Both the position numbers and the translations under genes were made by a program. DNA of 46,858 nt from Octopus bimaculoides. Lineage: Eukaryota. A model generated the notes under the pieces. That model did no database searches, was not told the origin of the DNA, and saw nothing but the letters and a program-made list of their open reading frames with translations. Position 1 is the first letter of the stretch, and every line of letters begins with the position of its first letter. The stretch is from NCBI RefSeq assembly GCF_001194135.2, contig NC_068992.1, positions 4,173,831-4,220,688 on the forward strand, read 5' to 3'. Below, in pieces: positions 1 to 10,930 of this stretch.

Positions 1-18
1 TATATATATATATATATA

Positions 19-110
19 TGTCCTTTATCGCTTGAGAACCGGTGCTGGTGCGTTTACGCACCCGTAACTTAGCGGTGCGTCAAAGAGGCCGATAGACTAA
101 GTACCAGGCT
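19..110 (+). mobile_element. Family A SINE 3'-body fragment
   Basis: TCGCTTGAGAACCGGTGCTGGTGCGTTTACG..CCGTAACTTAGCGG..GATAGACTAAGTACCAGGCT matches 25990-26080. Confidence 0.8.
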
Positions 111-699
111 TTGAAAGATATAGTTATTCCGGTCAAACACACAAACACACACACACACGAAAGAATAGAGAGGAAAGATGTAAACACAGCCAAACGTACT
201 TACATATTCAAAAAGTGTGTAGATAAAGGTGTAGAAATAAGTGAAGCCATAAAATAGAGCTAATTCGATATCTCATTTGTAATCCCTGTATATCGCCTGG
301 CTTATGTTAATGCCGATGTAATTTAATATATCCCCCTCTTGTGCTCAGCCACAAAATATTAGCATTTAGAATGATAATATTGGTGTATTTGGGGAAATGA
401 TGGATCTCTGGGTTAGGTCCCCTTTGAGTTTGGATCCCGTTGGAATTTCTTTATCTCTGGTTGTCTGGATTCCGTAAAATAATAGTTTCTAACGTAGTTG
501 AAATGCTAAAGTGTGATTCAATGCAGATATTTGATTGGTCCATTATTTTATCTACACTAGATAAAGGGCATAATTGACTTCTGTTGCATTTGAACTCAGA
601 TCATACCGAACGCGTATGAATCACGGAGGAGATTTTGTCTAAAGCTTTAACCGCATTGTCAGTTTATTACTTTTAGGTGGGGTGGGCTGAGTCGAGGAA

Positions 700-945
700 G
701 CGGTAATATAATCTTCTCTGCTCTAGCCAGAAGGCCCGAAGTTTTGGAGGAGGAAACCAGTCGATTAGATCGACCCTATTACGCAACTGGTACTTAATTT
801 ATCGATTTATCGTAAGTTTGCGGTTCTGCAAAAGAGAATAAAAACCAGACTTTAAAATAAATACTAGGGTCGGTTTGTTCAACTAAAGACTTCGAAGCAG
901 TGCCCCAGCATGGCCGCAGACCAGTGGCTAAAACAAGTGAAAAAA
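700..945. mobile_element. Family B 3' fragment (minus, about 700-810) fused to a family A tail (plus, about 812-945)
   Basis: AGTCGATTAGATCGACC..AACTGGTACTTAATTTATCGA, followed by GCGGTTCTGCAAAAGAG..GCCCCAGCATGGCCGCAG. Confidence 0.7.
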
Positions 946-1351
946 AGACGTGGTGGGAAATGTTAAGTGTTGTGTATATTTGAGATAGATAGAATGATAG
1001 ACAGATAAACGATAAGAGATAAGAAGAAAATCAGGTAAAAATAAAAATTAGTTGGAAATCAAGATCTATATCGGTCGTCTGCTTTATTCAATCTTGTGAA
1101 TGGTCAGTAAGTCTGTTTATTCAGACGTCTGTTCGCCAAAATAAGCTGGTCGTTCTAGTTGTTGCCTGACATGTATGTCTGGAAATAAATATATTTGTAT
1201 TGATTGATTTTATTTTTATGTATATTTTGGTTTTCGACTGTTTTTCGATAGTTGTTTTCGATTCCTTTCTCTCTTTTTTTTTTAGCTGAATAATAAACAC
1301 AAATATTTAATATCTCTTTTGTAATTTGTCTTATTATTTTACTGTTTTTTT

Positions 1352-1427
<76 letters not shown>

Positions 1428-1737
1428 GAACTGACGACCAAGTCGATTCGACACAATGTTTTCCTTCTTTTTCTTTTTTTTTAATTCTTTGGTTAAGACA
1501 CTTAACTCTCAACAGCTCACTCTATCTTCGTGTAAATAGGTAATACAGCGTGTTATAAATCATTGCTGTAAACGCTGTAAAAACTGATTAATAATTTGTT
1601 AATCATTAGACTTGAGTTCAATTCCTACTGCTGGACAACGTGCCCTATCCAGAAGAGGAGTGTCTTTTACTACCTGCAGAAACCACAGAAATTCTACAAT
1701 TGATTGAAATATGATATATTTCTTGTCTTAGCTAAAA

Positions 1738-1990
1738 CGCATGGCTTAGTGGTTAGGGTCTTCAAGTCCTGGACCAGGAGGCGCATTGTGTCCTTAAGCA
1801 AGGCGCCTCATTCCATATCACTCCAATCAACTCAGATGAAAATTAGTAGAAGCTGGTTGCTAGCACAGCTGTCTTTCTCCTCCAGCTGTTACACGCTAGA
1901 TGTTCTGCAGGGTCAAGGATTTGTCGTGGACCCCTGAATATGGCTATATCAGTTCGGCGTTAAGTAATCACTTAAAAACAATTTGCAAAA
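1738..1990 (+). mobile_element. tRNA-headed SINE (family D) with a CORE/V-like central motif
   Basis: GCATGGCTTAGTGGTTAGGG (box A), a shortened TTCAAGTCC box B, then ATTGTGTCCTTAAGCAAGGCGC and ACTCCAATCAACTCAG. Confidence 0.6.
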
Positions 1991-2585
1991 CTGCGGTATA
2001 TGTTACCAAGTAAAACTCGCTCGTGAAATCCGTAGTTGTGAAATGAATTCTGATTTCCTTAATCGCGGTTTCGAATCTCAGAACGGGCGATGTATGTGTT
2101 TATGAGCGAAACACCCTAGCTCCAAACGGCTCTGGTAGATGGTAATGGCGAACTTCTGCCGTCTATTTAAAACACATGACTCCTAGAACAATTACATATT
2201 AAAAATTAGTAAGAAAACAATATCCATGTAATTCTAAAGTCACCTTTTTCTTTAATAATTTCTTATTTTTCTTATTACTAATTAATAATCTTTCACAACT
2301 CAGATTCTTAAAATGAATTTATTGTCTTTCTGTGCGAAACGATCGTCTACCGAATTGAATAAATATTTTATCCCATATAAACATCTAATCTCCTCCATTT
2401 ATGAAAAATATGATTGAATTTGTCGAACTTTGTTCTATAACTTAACTTATATACTTAATATATTTATATAACTTTTCTTATCTGCGCCATTTTACACGAG
2501 TAAATTCTAAGTAATGTATGAAGAATCAACATTAGAAATCTTTGGAAACTAATGCAATTAAGGGACGAATCGTCATTCAACCATT

Positions 2586-2647
<62 letters not shown>

Positions 2648-3784
2648 ATATATATATACACATATATATATATGAAATATATGTATATATATATGTATGT
2701 ATGTGTGTATGTAGGTATGCATGCATGTATGTATATATGTATGTATATACAAATAATTGTAAGGGTAATTTACCCAATGTTTCTGCTGTTCTAACGGCGT
2801 CTCTGCGTTCGAAAATATATTATCATCTTATTTGTATCTATATACACCTTTCGGCGCTTATAAAAAATAAACATAAAACAAATGTTAGCTTGTTTATATT
2901 TATTCACGTGATTACAAATATATATGTCTTAATATACATGAATGTATGTATGCACGTATGTATGCATGAATGTATGTGTGTATATACATACGTATATATG
3001 AGTGTATATACATACATACATACGTATATCTATGTAGGTGTCTGTATATATATATATATTAGTTTTCTCCCGGAGTACCATGTCCGGTGCTCTTGTTGTT
3101 ATACATAATACATTATATTTTATTTGCTTTAAGGACGTCACATTAATTTCACTATTTGCGCTGTAATTATTTCTGATGCACGGTTAAAGTTTACGATTGG
3201 GGCTGTTTAATGGAGTACAATATTTTATTGGTTTTTAGTGTGTCTACCTTATATATGTTTTATTTTTTCAAATTCTAATTTAATTTTGTTTATCATATTC
3301 TTCAAGCTACTAAATTCATTCATTTGTGTTAAGAATAGGTCTTTCCTGTTATTTGGAGTTAGCTGTGTTAGGCTTGGCGCACTGTGTTACTTGTTTAGTT
3401 TTCCTTCATTTCTGATAGTGTGTGATGTGCTGCTTTCATATTCTTTTCTGCTGTACCTGGGTATATATTTTATTCCGAGTTTCGTTTTTCTTTTTTCTGT
3501 ATTAATTTGATTGAATATTTCTCTAGTATTTTTTTCCATTTTCCTTTCCAAATAAATATATTCGGTTGTTTTATAATGTCTCCTCACCTTTTGATGGTCT
3601 TATATTATGTGGTCGCCTACCTGGCTGTATTGCTTTTTTCTCCAGATTACGTTAGTGGATCCTGTGATACTTTCTTAGGACATATATATATATATTTTTC
3701 TTCGGACCTCTCTTTTTCTCTCTCTTATTCTTTTGCCTCCTCTTTTCTCTCACTATTCTATCCTATTACTCTGTCACTCTCTCG

Positions 3785-3870
3785 CCCTCACTCCTCCTCC
3801 TTTGCTCACGTGGCTCCTACGTGACCATCAACCATTTTTCTTTCTTTCGCTCCGTTGTAGTTGGAACAAT
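3785..3870 (+). repeat. Pyrimidine-rich dispersed repeat core shared with 20755-20840
   Basis: Both loci share CACTCCTCCTCC..CTCACGTGGCTCC.AC.TGACC..CCATTTTT..CTCC.TTGTAG.TGGAACA. Confidence 0.75.
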
Positions 3871-4099
3871 GAATGGGGTTTATCGGTTACACCTTTTCAT
3901 CTTTCAGACGACGGACCCACCTGCATACATTGCTATAATCTAAAGTATTGTCCTCAAAGACATTTTTTAATCGTCGGTGAATGTTCACAGGGGTTTCCCC
4001 CTCAGCAACAAGAAATTCAATCACTGCTCTTTGTTTTTGATGTAACTCTAAGGGGGGTAGCCATTTTGAATTTTCCTTACCCCTCTAAAAACCTGAAAA

Positions 4100-4228
4100 G
4101 TAAGAATCAAAATATTTCAGAACGTAAATGATGTAATCCTTTATAACTGGGACATTTTCCAGTTATTTTTTATCAAAAACTTCACATGAAATAAAGAAAA
4201 TGGCATTGCTTTTTGACTCACCCTCGTA
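4100..4228. mobile_element. Mariner-like element right terminus
   Basis: Ends ...TTTTTGACTCACCCTCG|TA; the reverse complement TACGAGGGTGAGTCAAAAAG is a typical mariner TIR start. No partner TIR or ORF was found. Confidence 0.45.
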
Positions 4229-4354
4229 TTTCTCCCTGGGACATTTGCTTCGTTCTGTGGCTTCATATACTGTCACCTTACGCAATTTCATTTTCTTTTT
4301 TCGAATAATTTTCGCGTTTTTTATTTTTTTATTCTAAATATTTTAGGATTATCT

Positions 4355-4746
4355 TTTTGTCTTTAATTTGTTTCAGTCTTACTGACTGCGACCATGCTGG
4401 GGCACCGCTTTGAAGGGCTTTGTAGTCAAAGAAGTCGGCCCTAGGACTTACTTTTTTTAGCCTAGTACTTAATCTATCGCTCTTTTTGTAGAATCGCTAA
4501 GTTACGGGGACATAAACACACCGACACCTGTTGTCAAGCGGTTGTGTGGGCGACACACAGACATAAACACAGACACACATACACATACATATACGACAGG
4601 CTTCTTTCAGTTTCCAAATCAATTCACAAGGCTTTGGTAGGTCTGAAGCTATAGTAGAAGACACTTGCCCCAGGTATCACGCTGTAGGACTGAACCCGGA
4701 ACCATGTAGTTAGGAAGCAAGCTTCTTACCACACAGCGACGCCTGC
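4355..4746 (-). mobile_element. tRNA-derived CORE-like SINE (family A, octopus OR-like), near full length
   Basis: Minus-strand head GTGTGGTAAGAAGCTTGCTTCC...GGTTCCGGGTTCAGTCC, then CORE-like CCTGGGGCAAGTGTCTTCTACTATAGC, a (GT)n insert and tail CCCCAGCATGGTCGCAGTC..GACTGAAACAA. It aligns with 25778-26430. Confidence 0.9.
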
Positions 4747-4794
4747 CCCTAATATCTAAAATAGTGTATTTCCTATATCGTGTAAAATTCTTTC

Positions 4795-4988
4795 TACTAA
4801 AGGTACAAAACCGGAAATTATGGGGAGAGCCCAAGTAGATTACATCGACCCCAGTACATAACTGGAACCTCGTCCCCGAAAAGATGAAAGGCAAATTCGA
4901 CCTCAGCAGAATTTGAACTCAGAACGTAGTGACGGGCGAAATACCGCTAAGCATTTCGTCCAGCGTGCTAACGATTGTGCCAGCTGGT
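4795..4988 (-). mobile_element. Family B SINE
   Basis: Minus strand CTGGCACAATCGTTAGCACGC..GAGTTCAAATTC..GGGGTCGATGTAATC, as at 10320-10461. Confidence 0.88.
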
Positions 4989-5382
4989 CATTAGTTTTTC
5001 TCCATATCTTTGGTATAACACTGTGATAATCTTGAGTTTATGTGAAGTAAAAAGACAGCATGTGATAAATTGACACTGAAATTGAGACAAAAACTATTCA
5101 TTGGATAAAGCGGATAATGCCATTGTCAATGTCCTTCAGAATTTCTTCAGTTAATAAAATTTCGAAGAATTAATCAAAATTCTCATCTGAAACCCCGTGG
5201 TGTATTTGAAAATATAATTGATGTCAGCAGCGGTGTTTTTGAAAACTAATCCCTCATATTCACCAATCAGTTTTCGAGGCTGTTATTTCCGTTTTAATAT
5301 TCACTGCATTGCAATGTCTCTTCATGCATCAATGTTTTGTTGTTGTTGGTTTGTTCTTATTCACGCAGTTAAATAACCCTTT

Positions 5383-5414
<32 letters not shown>

Positions 5415-5420
<6 letters not shown>

Positions 5421-5770
5421 AGCTTTGAAAGGCGCGTGATTTCACTCAAATCCCAACTTTGCCTTTAATCCTTCCGGGTAAAATCAAATACCGTATTTCC
5501 AGCATACAAATCGACATTGCATGTAGTATAAACATTGTAAGCGTTAGCATTGAAACGTCGTCGCTATCTTTCCAAAATCTGCTGCATTGCACAAAGAATT
5601 TTCCTCCCAGCAAAGTCGTCTTGGTGTATAAGTCGACCTATCTATTCTATCTTGAAAATTCGACTTGTATGTCGGAAAATACAGTACCAGTTATGTACTA
5701 AGGTCGATTTAATCGACTAACCACACACTTACAAGCTGCTGGCCTTGTACCTAAACCAGAAATTATTAGA
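5415..5770 (+). mobile_element. Family B SINE interrupted by a MITE
   Basis: GAGCTTTGAAAGG..CAACTTTGCCTTTAATCCTTCCGGG [MITE] TACCAGTT..AGGTCGATTTAATCGACT..GCTGGCCTTGTACCTAAA. Confidence 0.75.
5491..5684. mobile_element. 194-bp MITE (pogo/Tc1-mariner type) with TA target duplication, inserted in a SINE
   Basis: Left end CCGTATTTCCAGCATACAAATCGA; right end reverse complement CTGTATTTTCCGACATACAAGTCGA. TA lies at 5489-5490 and 5685-5686. Removing the insert restores the SINE junction AAATA-CCAGTT. An internal GTATAAGTCGAC repeat lies near 5625. Confidence 0.85.
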
Positions 5771-5784
5771 GTGTTGTGGATTAA

Positions 5785-5930
5785 TAAAATTGTTAGAACG
5801 TCGGACAATATATTTGCAGCATGACATCCAGTTCTTAATGTTCAGAGTTCAAATCAAACCGAGGTCAGCATTGCCTTTCATTATTTCGGGGCCAATAAAA
5901 TAAAGTAGTAGTTGTGGGATGGAATCGACT
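5785..5930 (+). mobile_element. Family B SINE, diverged
   Basis: CAGAGTTCAAATCAAACCGAGGTCAGCATTGCCTTTCAT..AATAAAATAAAGTAG. Confidence 0.7.
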
Positions 5931-5944
5931 GTTATCGAAGGAAC

Positions 5945-5983
5945 CCTATAATTTCATCACCATCATCGTCGTCACCGTCATCG

Positions 5984-6070
<87 letters not shown>
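5945..6070. repeat. Compound trinucleotide microsatellite (CGT)n/(CAT)n
   Basis: Direct inspection. It produces the poly-D, poly-V and poly-I ORFs in the track. Confidence 0.95.
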
Positions 6071-6796
6071 ACAAACTGATAGTGTATTATTATTGTCATT
6101 GTTGTTGCAGATATCATTTTCTCACACAATGTATGACCCTCTTTCTTTATTACAGACTTGAAATCTGCTATCGTTTTCAAACAAGGAGAGGTGGAACATT
6201 ATAACGATTGTACTGTTTCTTGGAGCATTTGTAGCCCGAATATACAAAACCGCTTCTGTATGGCTATATTATATAGATTTAGTTGATTCCCCTAAAAAGA
6301 ATCAATAACAGTATGTTAAAGGAAAGTAGGTTGGCGAAGTTCATAATATGAATACAAATGTCGCTCAATGATTGGCAGGTTATTAACTCTAGATCCATTT
6401 CAGCTTTATCTTGTTCGATAAAACGGAAAAACTAAAGCTAAAATGGACACCTGTAAAGAAACGGTAGCGACAACTGCAAGAACAACAAAAGATTTTCTTC
6501 ACAATGGATATAATAGTAGCTAGACAAGATCATTTAAAATGACTAGAATATTTTGGATTATAGGCCCTGCTTCAAGATGGCGACAAGTGTAATTGTAATT
6601 AAGTCGATAAGAGAATAAACATTTCGCATCCTCTCTAGCTAAGGAATGTAATTCTTATTCTACCATCGGCGTTTTTACTGTAATTAGCCTCGAACACGAC
6701 AGTATACCATTTCTAACAACGTTACGGTTACCGGGCCGCAAAAGAGCAGACAATGACTGTGAGAGGAATAATTTTAAGACAAATAATAATAATGAT

Positions 6797-7012
6797 TTTA
6801 AATGTTTGGCACAAGATCAGTAATTTGCGCGAGTGGGGTGATGGTGTGAAAGTAGATTACATCGATCCCAGAAGGCCTGAAATTTTTTGTGAAGTGCGCT
6901 AAATCGAACTCAAAAGGATGAAGGGCAAAATGGACTCCGGCAGAATTTGAAGCCAGAAAATAAAAACAGATGAAATGCTACGAAGCGTGCTAACGATTCA
7001 TACAGCTCGCCT
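6797..7012 (-). mobile_element. Family B SINE
   Basis: Minus strand AAGGCGAGCTGTATGAATCGTTAGCACGC head, then GGGATCGATGTAATC and tail CTTGTGCCAAACATTTAAA. Confidence 0.82.
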
Positions 7013-7603
7013 TAACAACAATAACAACTACAACAACAAACATAACAACAATAACATAGACAATAATGATAGCAACAACAGCAACAACAACAATAATGGT
7101 AACAATAATCGTGTTGATGATGATGATTGTGGTGGTGGTGGTGATAATGATTATGATGATAAACCGTTCAATCTTAAGTCTACTATTTAGCCGGTCATCA
7201 AATATGCGAAATATGAAAATATTTCTTTCTTTGGACTGGAATTGAAAACAACCCCTTTTGTATCCATAAATTACAAATGAAGAAAGAAAAAACAAAGATT
7301 AAAATGAAAATCCCTCATTAGTGGCGCGCTGAAAAGTCTTGTAATGGTTTGTGGTTAGATTAACGGGTTATTAACACTTCATGTCTTAATCTTTACTTCA
7401 TTCGATCTGAAGAAACATTTAAATGCTTTGTAGTCATGAAAACAAAGACGAAATATCAGATTGCAACAAAGAATTTGTACGGAAAGTAATCTATGCAGGA
7501 ATTAGCTTTTCAATAATTCATGAAATACTGTCTGTGTGAGTAAAATTTTACCTTCGCTAAATGATATAATAAAAGGAAAACTGCTGCTGTTTGAAAAGTC
7601 CTA

Positions 7604-7892
7604 TACAGAGTTCTTCAAAACGAATGAACCGATTTCATTATGTAATATTTTAGCAAGGAAAAGCAATAGAAAACTCCAGCTGAGTCCCAAGTATTTACTC
7701 ACAATCTACTTTTATTTCCTGTCTTACAATTGTTCAATGTGGCCACCACCTGCAGCACGGACAACATCGATGCGATAAGAGAAATTCCTCCCTTGCTCTT
7801 TGTGCTTGGCCTGCATGATCCCCAGACCTGACCGTGTGTGATTTTTTTCTTGTGGGGATATGTAAAAGTTCGCGTTTATGTTCCACAAGTAC
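7604..7892. mobile_element. Rearranged Tc1/mariner remnant: TIR and C-terminus on minus, catalytic third-D motif on plus
   Basis: TA|CAGAGTTCTTCAAAACGAATGAACCG terminus at 7604. Minus 7724-7790 gives SYRIDVVRAAGGGHIEQL*. Plus 7798-7892 gives AWPA*SPDLTVCDFF(fs)LWGYVKVRVYVP. Confidence 0.8.
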
Positions 7893-8274
7893 CACAATGC
7901 GCCAAGCCTAACACATAACTCCAAATAACAGGAAAGTCCTATTCTTAACTCAACTCAGTGGATCGTGGTATGCTGATCGTGGTATTTCTCGCTGTAGACA
8001 GCTCACAGATCCATGCATTTCAGAGTGGTTATCTCCTCTTTAGCCATACAGTACGGAAACGAAGGCGCTGCGAACTTGCGGACTGACACGAGACACACAT
8101 CCCTCTTATGATATTGCCATCATCGCTTAATGATTGGTTGCACTACTCGCCTCGTATTCAATTTACTATTCCAGTTGCTAAACAGCGCAACTAATCATTG
8201 AACAATGACAAGAATATCATATTTGAAATGTTAACAAGTTTGTATTTATACTCATCACAGCTCAGCGCTGTCAC

Positions 8275-8695
8275 CACAAAACACTTTATTTCACGTTGCT
8301 CTCTCTTTCCACAAGGGGAAATGTTGGCCTGGTCGCTTAGTGAGCGGGGTGGCGTCATTTGAAGTCTAAAACAATGCAAAAGCGCATTGTGACCAGCGAT
8401 GTGTGACAAAATTTTATAGCCTGGTCGGTCATGTAATCACGTAATATATGTATATGTATGTGTATATGTGTGTGTGTGAGTGCGTGCGTGTGTATCTATG
8501 TGTATATCTGTCCCCCATCAGTGCTGTTAGTTTGTTTACAGCCCCCATAACTTAGTAGTTCGGCAAAAGATACTGATAGAATAAGTCCCAGACATTAAAA
8601 ATAATAGATACTAGAGTCGATTTGTTTGACTAAATACCTTTAAGGTGATACCCCAGCATGGCTGCTGTCCAATGATTGGAGCAAGTAAGTGATGA
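8275..8695 (+). mobile_element. Family A-related SINE, 5'-truncated variant with a longer middle
   Basis: ACACTTTATTTCACGTTGCTC, a (GT)n block, then CCCCATAACTTAGTAGTTCGGCAAAAGA..GATAGAATAAGT..GTCGATTTGTTTGACTAA..CCCCAGCATGGCTGC, matching the family A tail. Confidence 0.75.
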
Positions 8696-9252
8696 AACGT
8701 TAAACTTCTGATGAAAATGAATCGCACGATCCGCATTATGATTGTTCCCTATAATCATTTCACAAATTTTAGGGAAACTAGGATTGTGCCAGCGTCCCTT
8801 TGCTCATCCTTCATAAATCTAAACTCGGACGACGTAAGATAGAAATATCTAAAATTTAAGGCGCGCTAATGTTGTAAACGACCCTATCGGGGTCTGGATT
8901 GGAAACTCTTCTCCTTACGTCATTCATGACCTTTAGATTTGTGTGGCTTAAATTCTCAAATAAATATACATATATACAAATAATAATGTTGATATTTATT
9001 CAGAATTTCGGTGTTAATAATTAATACTTTTAATTTTCAAAATATGAATTATCCATCAACAATTGAGAAACGTTCTTTATTTTATATCCCGGAGATCTAG
9101 GTTATGGAAAATGCGAAAGTCATTCCTACCTCAATGATATGCTTCAAAGACCACATGCTGATAATTAATCAATCAGGCGTATGCGCACAAAACACGCACG
9201 CACGAGTACACACACGTGTGTATGTACGCACGTATGTATGCATGTATGTATG

Positions 9253-9283
<31 letters not shown>

Positions 9284-9414
9284 TGTATGTATGTATGTAT
9301 ATATGTATGTATGTATGTATGTTTGTATGTATGTATCACTACTCACTCTCTCCCTATATATATGTATATATCCATATATTTATGTGTGTGCGCATGCGCG
9401 TCTCTCGTTATATT

Positions 9415-9545
9415 TTTACGTATTTTCACTTGTTGATGTCCTTTTCGTATTCTGTGTTTTTTTTTTTTTTGGTATTTTGTCCTGTACTTATCTCTCGTGT
9501 GTTTACGTGGTTTTCGCTCGTTGGTGATGTCCTGTACTTAATGTG
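9415..9545 (+). repeat. Unclassified dispersed repeat, copy 1 (inverted copy at 40513-40645)
   Basis: 9493-9545 is identical over 53 bp to the reverse complement of 40513-40565; the flanks are similar but diverged. Confidence 0.85.
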
Positions 9546-10319
9546 GACGCAATGAGACTGAACCCGAATCAAATCAATGGGTCGGCGATTAGTCAAAAAT
9601 TCAGCTTCGATCGCAAAGTGNNNNNNNNNNNNNNNNNNNNNNNNNNNNNNNNNNNNNNNNNNNNNNNNNNNNNNNNNNNNNNNNNNNNNNNNNNNNNNNN
9701 NNNNNNNNNNNNNNNNNNNNNNNNNNNNNNNNNNNNNNNNNNNNNNNNNNNNNNNNNNNNNNNNNNNNNNNNNNNNNNNNNNNNNNNNNNNNNNNNNNNN
9801 NNNNNNNNNNNNNNNNNNNNNNNNNNNNNNNNNNNNNNNNNNNNNNNNNNNNNNNNNNNNNNNNNNNNNNNNNNNNNNNNNNNNNNNNNNNNNNNNNNNN
9901 NNNNNNNNNNNNNNNNNNNNNNNNNNNNNNNNNNNNNNNNNNNNNNNNNNNNNNNNNNNNNNNNNNNNNNNNNNNNNNNNNNNNNNNNNNNNNNNNNNNN
10001 NNNNNNNNNNNNNNNNNNNNNNNNNNNNNNNNNNNNNNNNNNNNNNNNNNNNNNNNNNNNNNNNNNNNNNNNNNNNNNNNNNNNNNNNNNNNNNNNNNNN
10101 NNNNNNNNNNNNNNNNNNNNNNNNNNNNNNNNNNNNNNNNNNNNNNNNNNNNNNNNNNNNNNNNNNNNNNNNNNNNNNNNNNNNNNNNNNNNNNNNNNNN
10201 NNNNNNNNNNNNNNNNNNNNNNNNNNNNNNNNNNNNNNNNNNNNNNNNNNNNNNNNNNNNNNNNNNNNNNNNNNNNNNNNNNNNNNNNNNNNNNNNNNNN
10301 NNNNNNNNNNNNNNNNNNN

Positions 10320-10461
10320 AACTGGTACTTATTTAATCGACCCCGAAAGGATGAAAGGCAAAGTCGACCTTGGCGGAATTTGAACTCAAAACGTAGCAGC
10401 AGACGAAATACCGCTAAGCATTTCGTCTGGCGTGCTAACGTTTCTGCCAGCTCACCGCCTT
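10320..10461 (-). mobile_element. tRNA-derived SINE (family B) 5' part, directly downstream of the 5S copy; 3' end lost in the N-gap
   Basis: Minus strand AAGGCGGTGAGCTGGCAGAAACGTTAGCACG...GAGTTCAAATTCCGCC (Pol III box A and box B), then GGTCGACTTTGCCTTTCATCCTTTCGGGGTCGATTAAATAAGTACCAG. The same sequence occurs in many copies in this window. Confidence 0.9.
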
Positions 10462-10495
10462 ATTTTTATTTTTTTATTTTTTATTATTTTTTTAA

Positions 10496-10614
10496 TGCTT
10501 ACAGCACCTAGGTTTCCCAAGCGGTCACCCATCTAAGTACTCACTAGGCTCGACGTTGCTTAACTTCGGTGATCGGACGAGAACCGGTGCTCTCAGCGTG
10601 ATATGGCCGTAAGC
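10496..10614 (-). rRNA. 5S rRNA: 5S rRNA full-length copy, probably a retroposed (processed) pseudogene
   Basis: The minus strand reads GCTTACGGCCATATCACGCTGAGAGCACCGGTTCTCGTCCGATCACCGAAGTTAAGCAACGTCGAGCCTAGTGAGTACTTAGATGGGTGACCGCTTGGGAAACCTAGGTGCTGTAAGCA (119 nt). Terminal helix GCTTACGGC/GCTGTAAGC pairs fully, with one G-U. Box A-like AGTTAAGCAACG and box C-like GATGGGTGACCGC are present. It is followed by an A-rich tract, not a T4+ terminator. Confidence 0.95.
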
Positions 10615-10629
10615 GAACTTTCTTACGAA

Positions 10630-10930
10630 GCGAACTTTCTTACGGCCAAATATCCCGAGGCGAACTTTATTACGGCCAAATATCCCGAGACGAACTTTCC
10701 TACGGCTAAATATTTCGATGCGAACTTTCCTACGGCCAAATATCTCAGGCGAAATTATCTACGGCCAAATATCCCGAGGCGAACTTATCTACGACCAAAT
10801 ATCTCGAACCAAATTTTCCTACGGCCAAATATCCCGAGGCGAACTTTCCTACGGCCAAATATCCCGAGGTGATCTTTCCTACGGCCAGATATCCTGAGGC
10901 GAATTTTCCTGCGGCGAAAATGTTTACGGC
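10630..10930. repeat. 30-bp minisatellite, about 10 units, consensus GCGAACTTTCCTACGGCCAAATATCCCGAG
   Basis: Units start near 10630, 10660, 10690, 10720, 10749, 10779, 10809, 10839, 10869 and 10899, decaying rightwards. A 17-bp tandem duplication AAGCGAACTTTCTTACG lies at 10611-10644. Confidence 0.95.

Noticed and set aside
5100-5260. piggyBac-like FFEILLTEEIL peptide on the minus strand
   Set aside because: The match is too short, is bounded by stops, and has no TTAA-flanked termini.
10496-10614. Canonical functional 5S gene in a tandem array
   Set aside because: It is a single visible copy with no oligo-T terminator and an A-rich tail, so it is treated as a probable retrocopy. Activity is not excluded.
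10603-10872. 89-aa repetitive ORF (ANFxTAKYP)n
   Set aside because: It is simply the 30-bp minisatellite read in frame; a 29-bp unit shifts the frame and the start lies inside the antisense 5S.
10630-10930. CRISPR-like array
   Set aside because: The units are contiguous with no unique spacers, the context is eukaryotic, and no cas genes are present.
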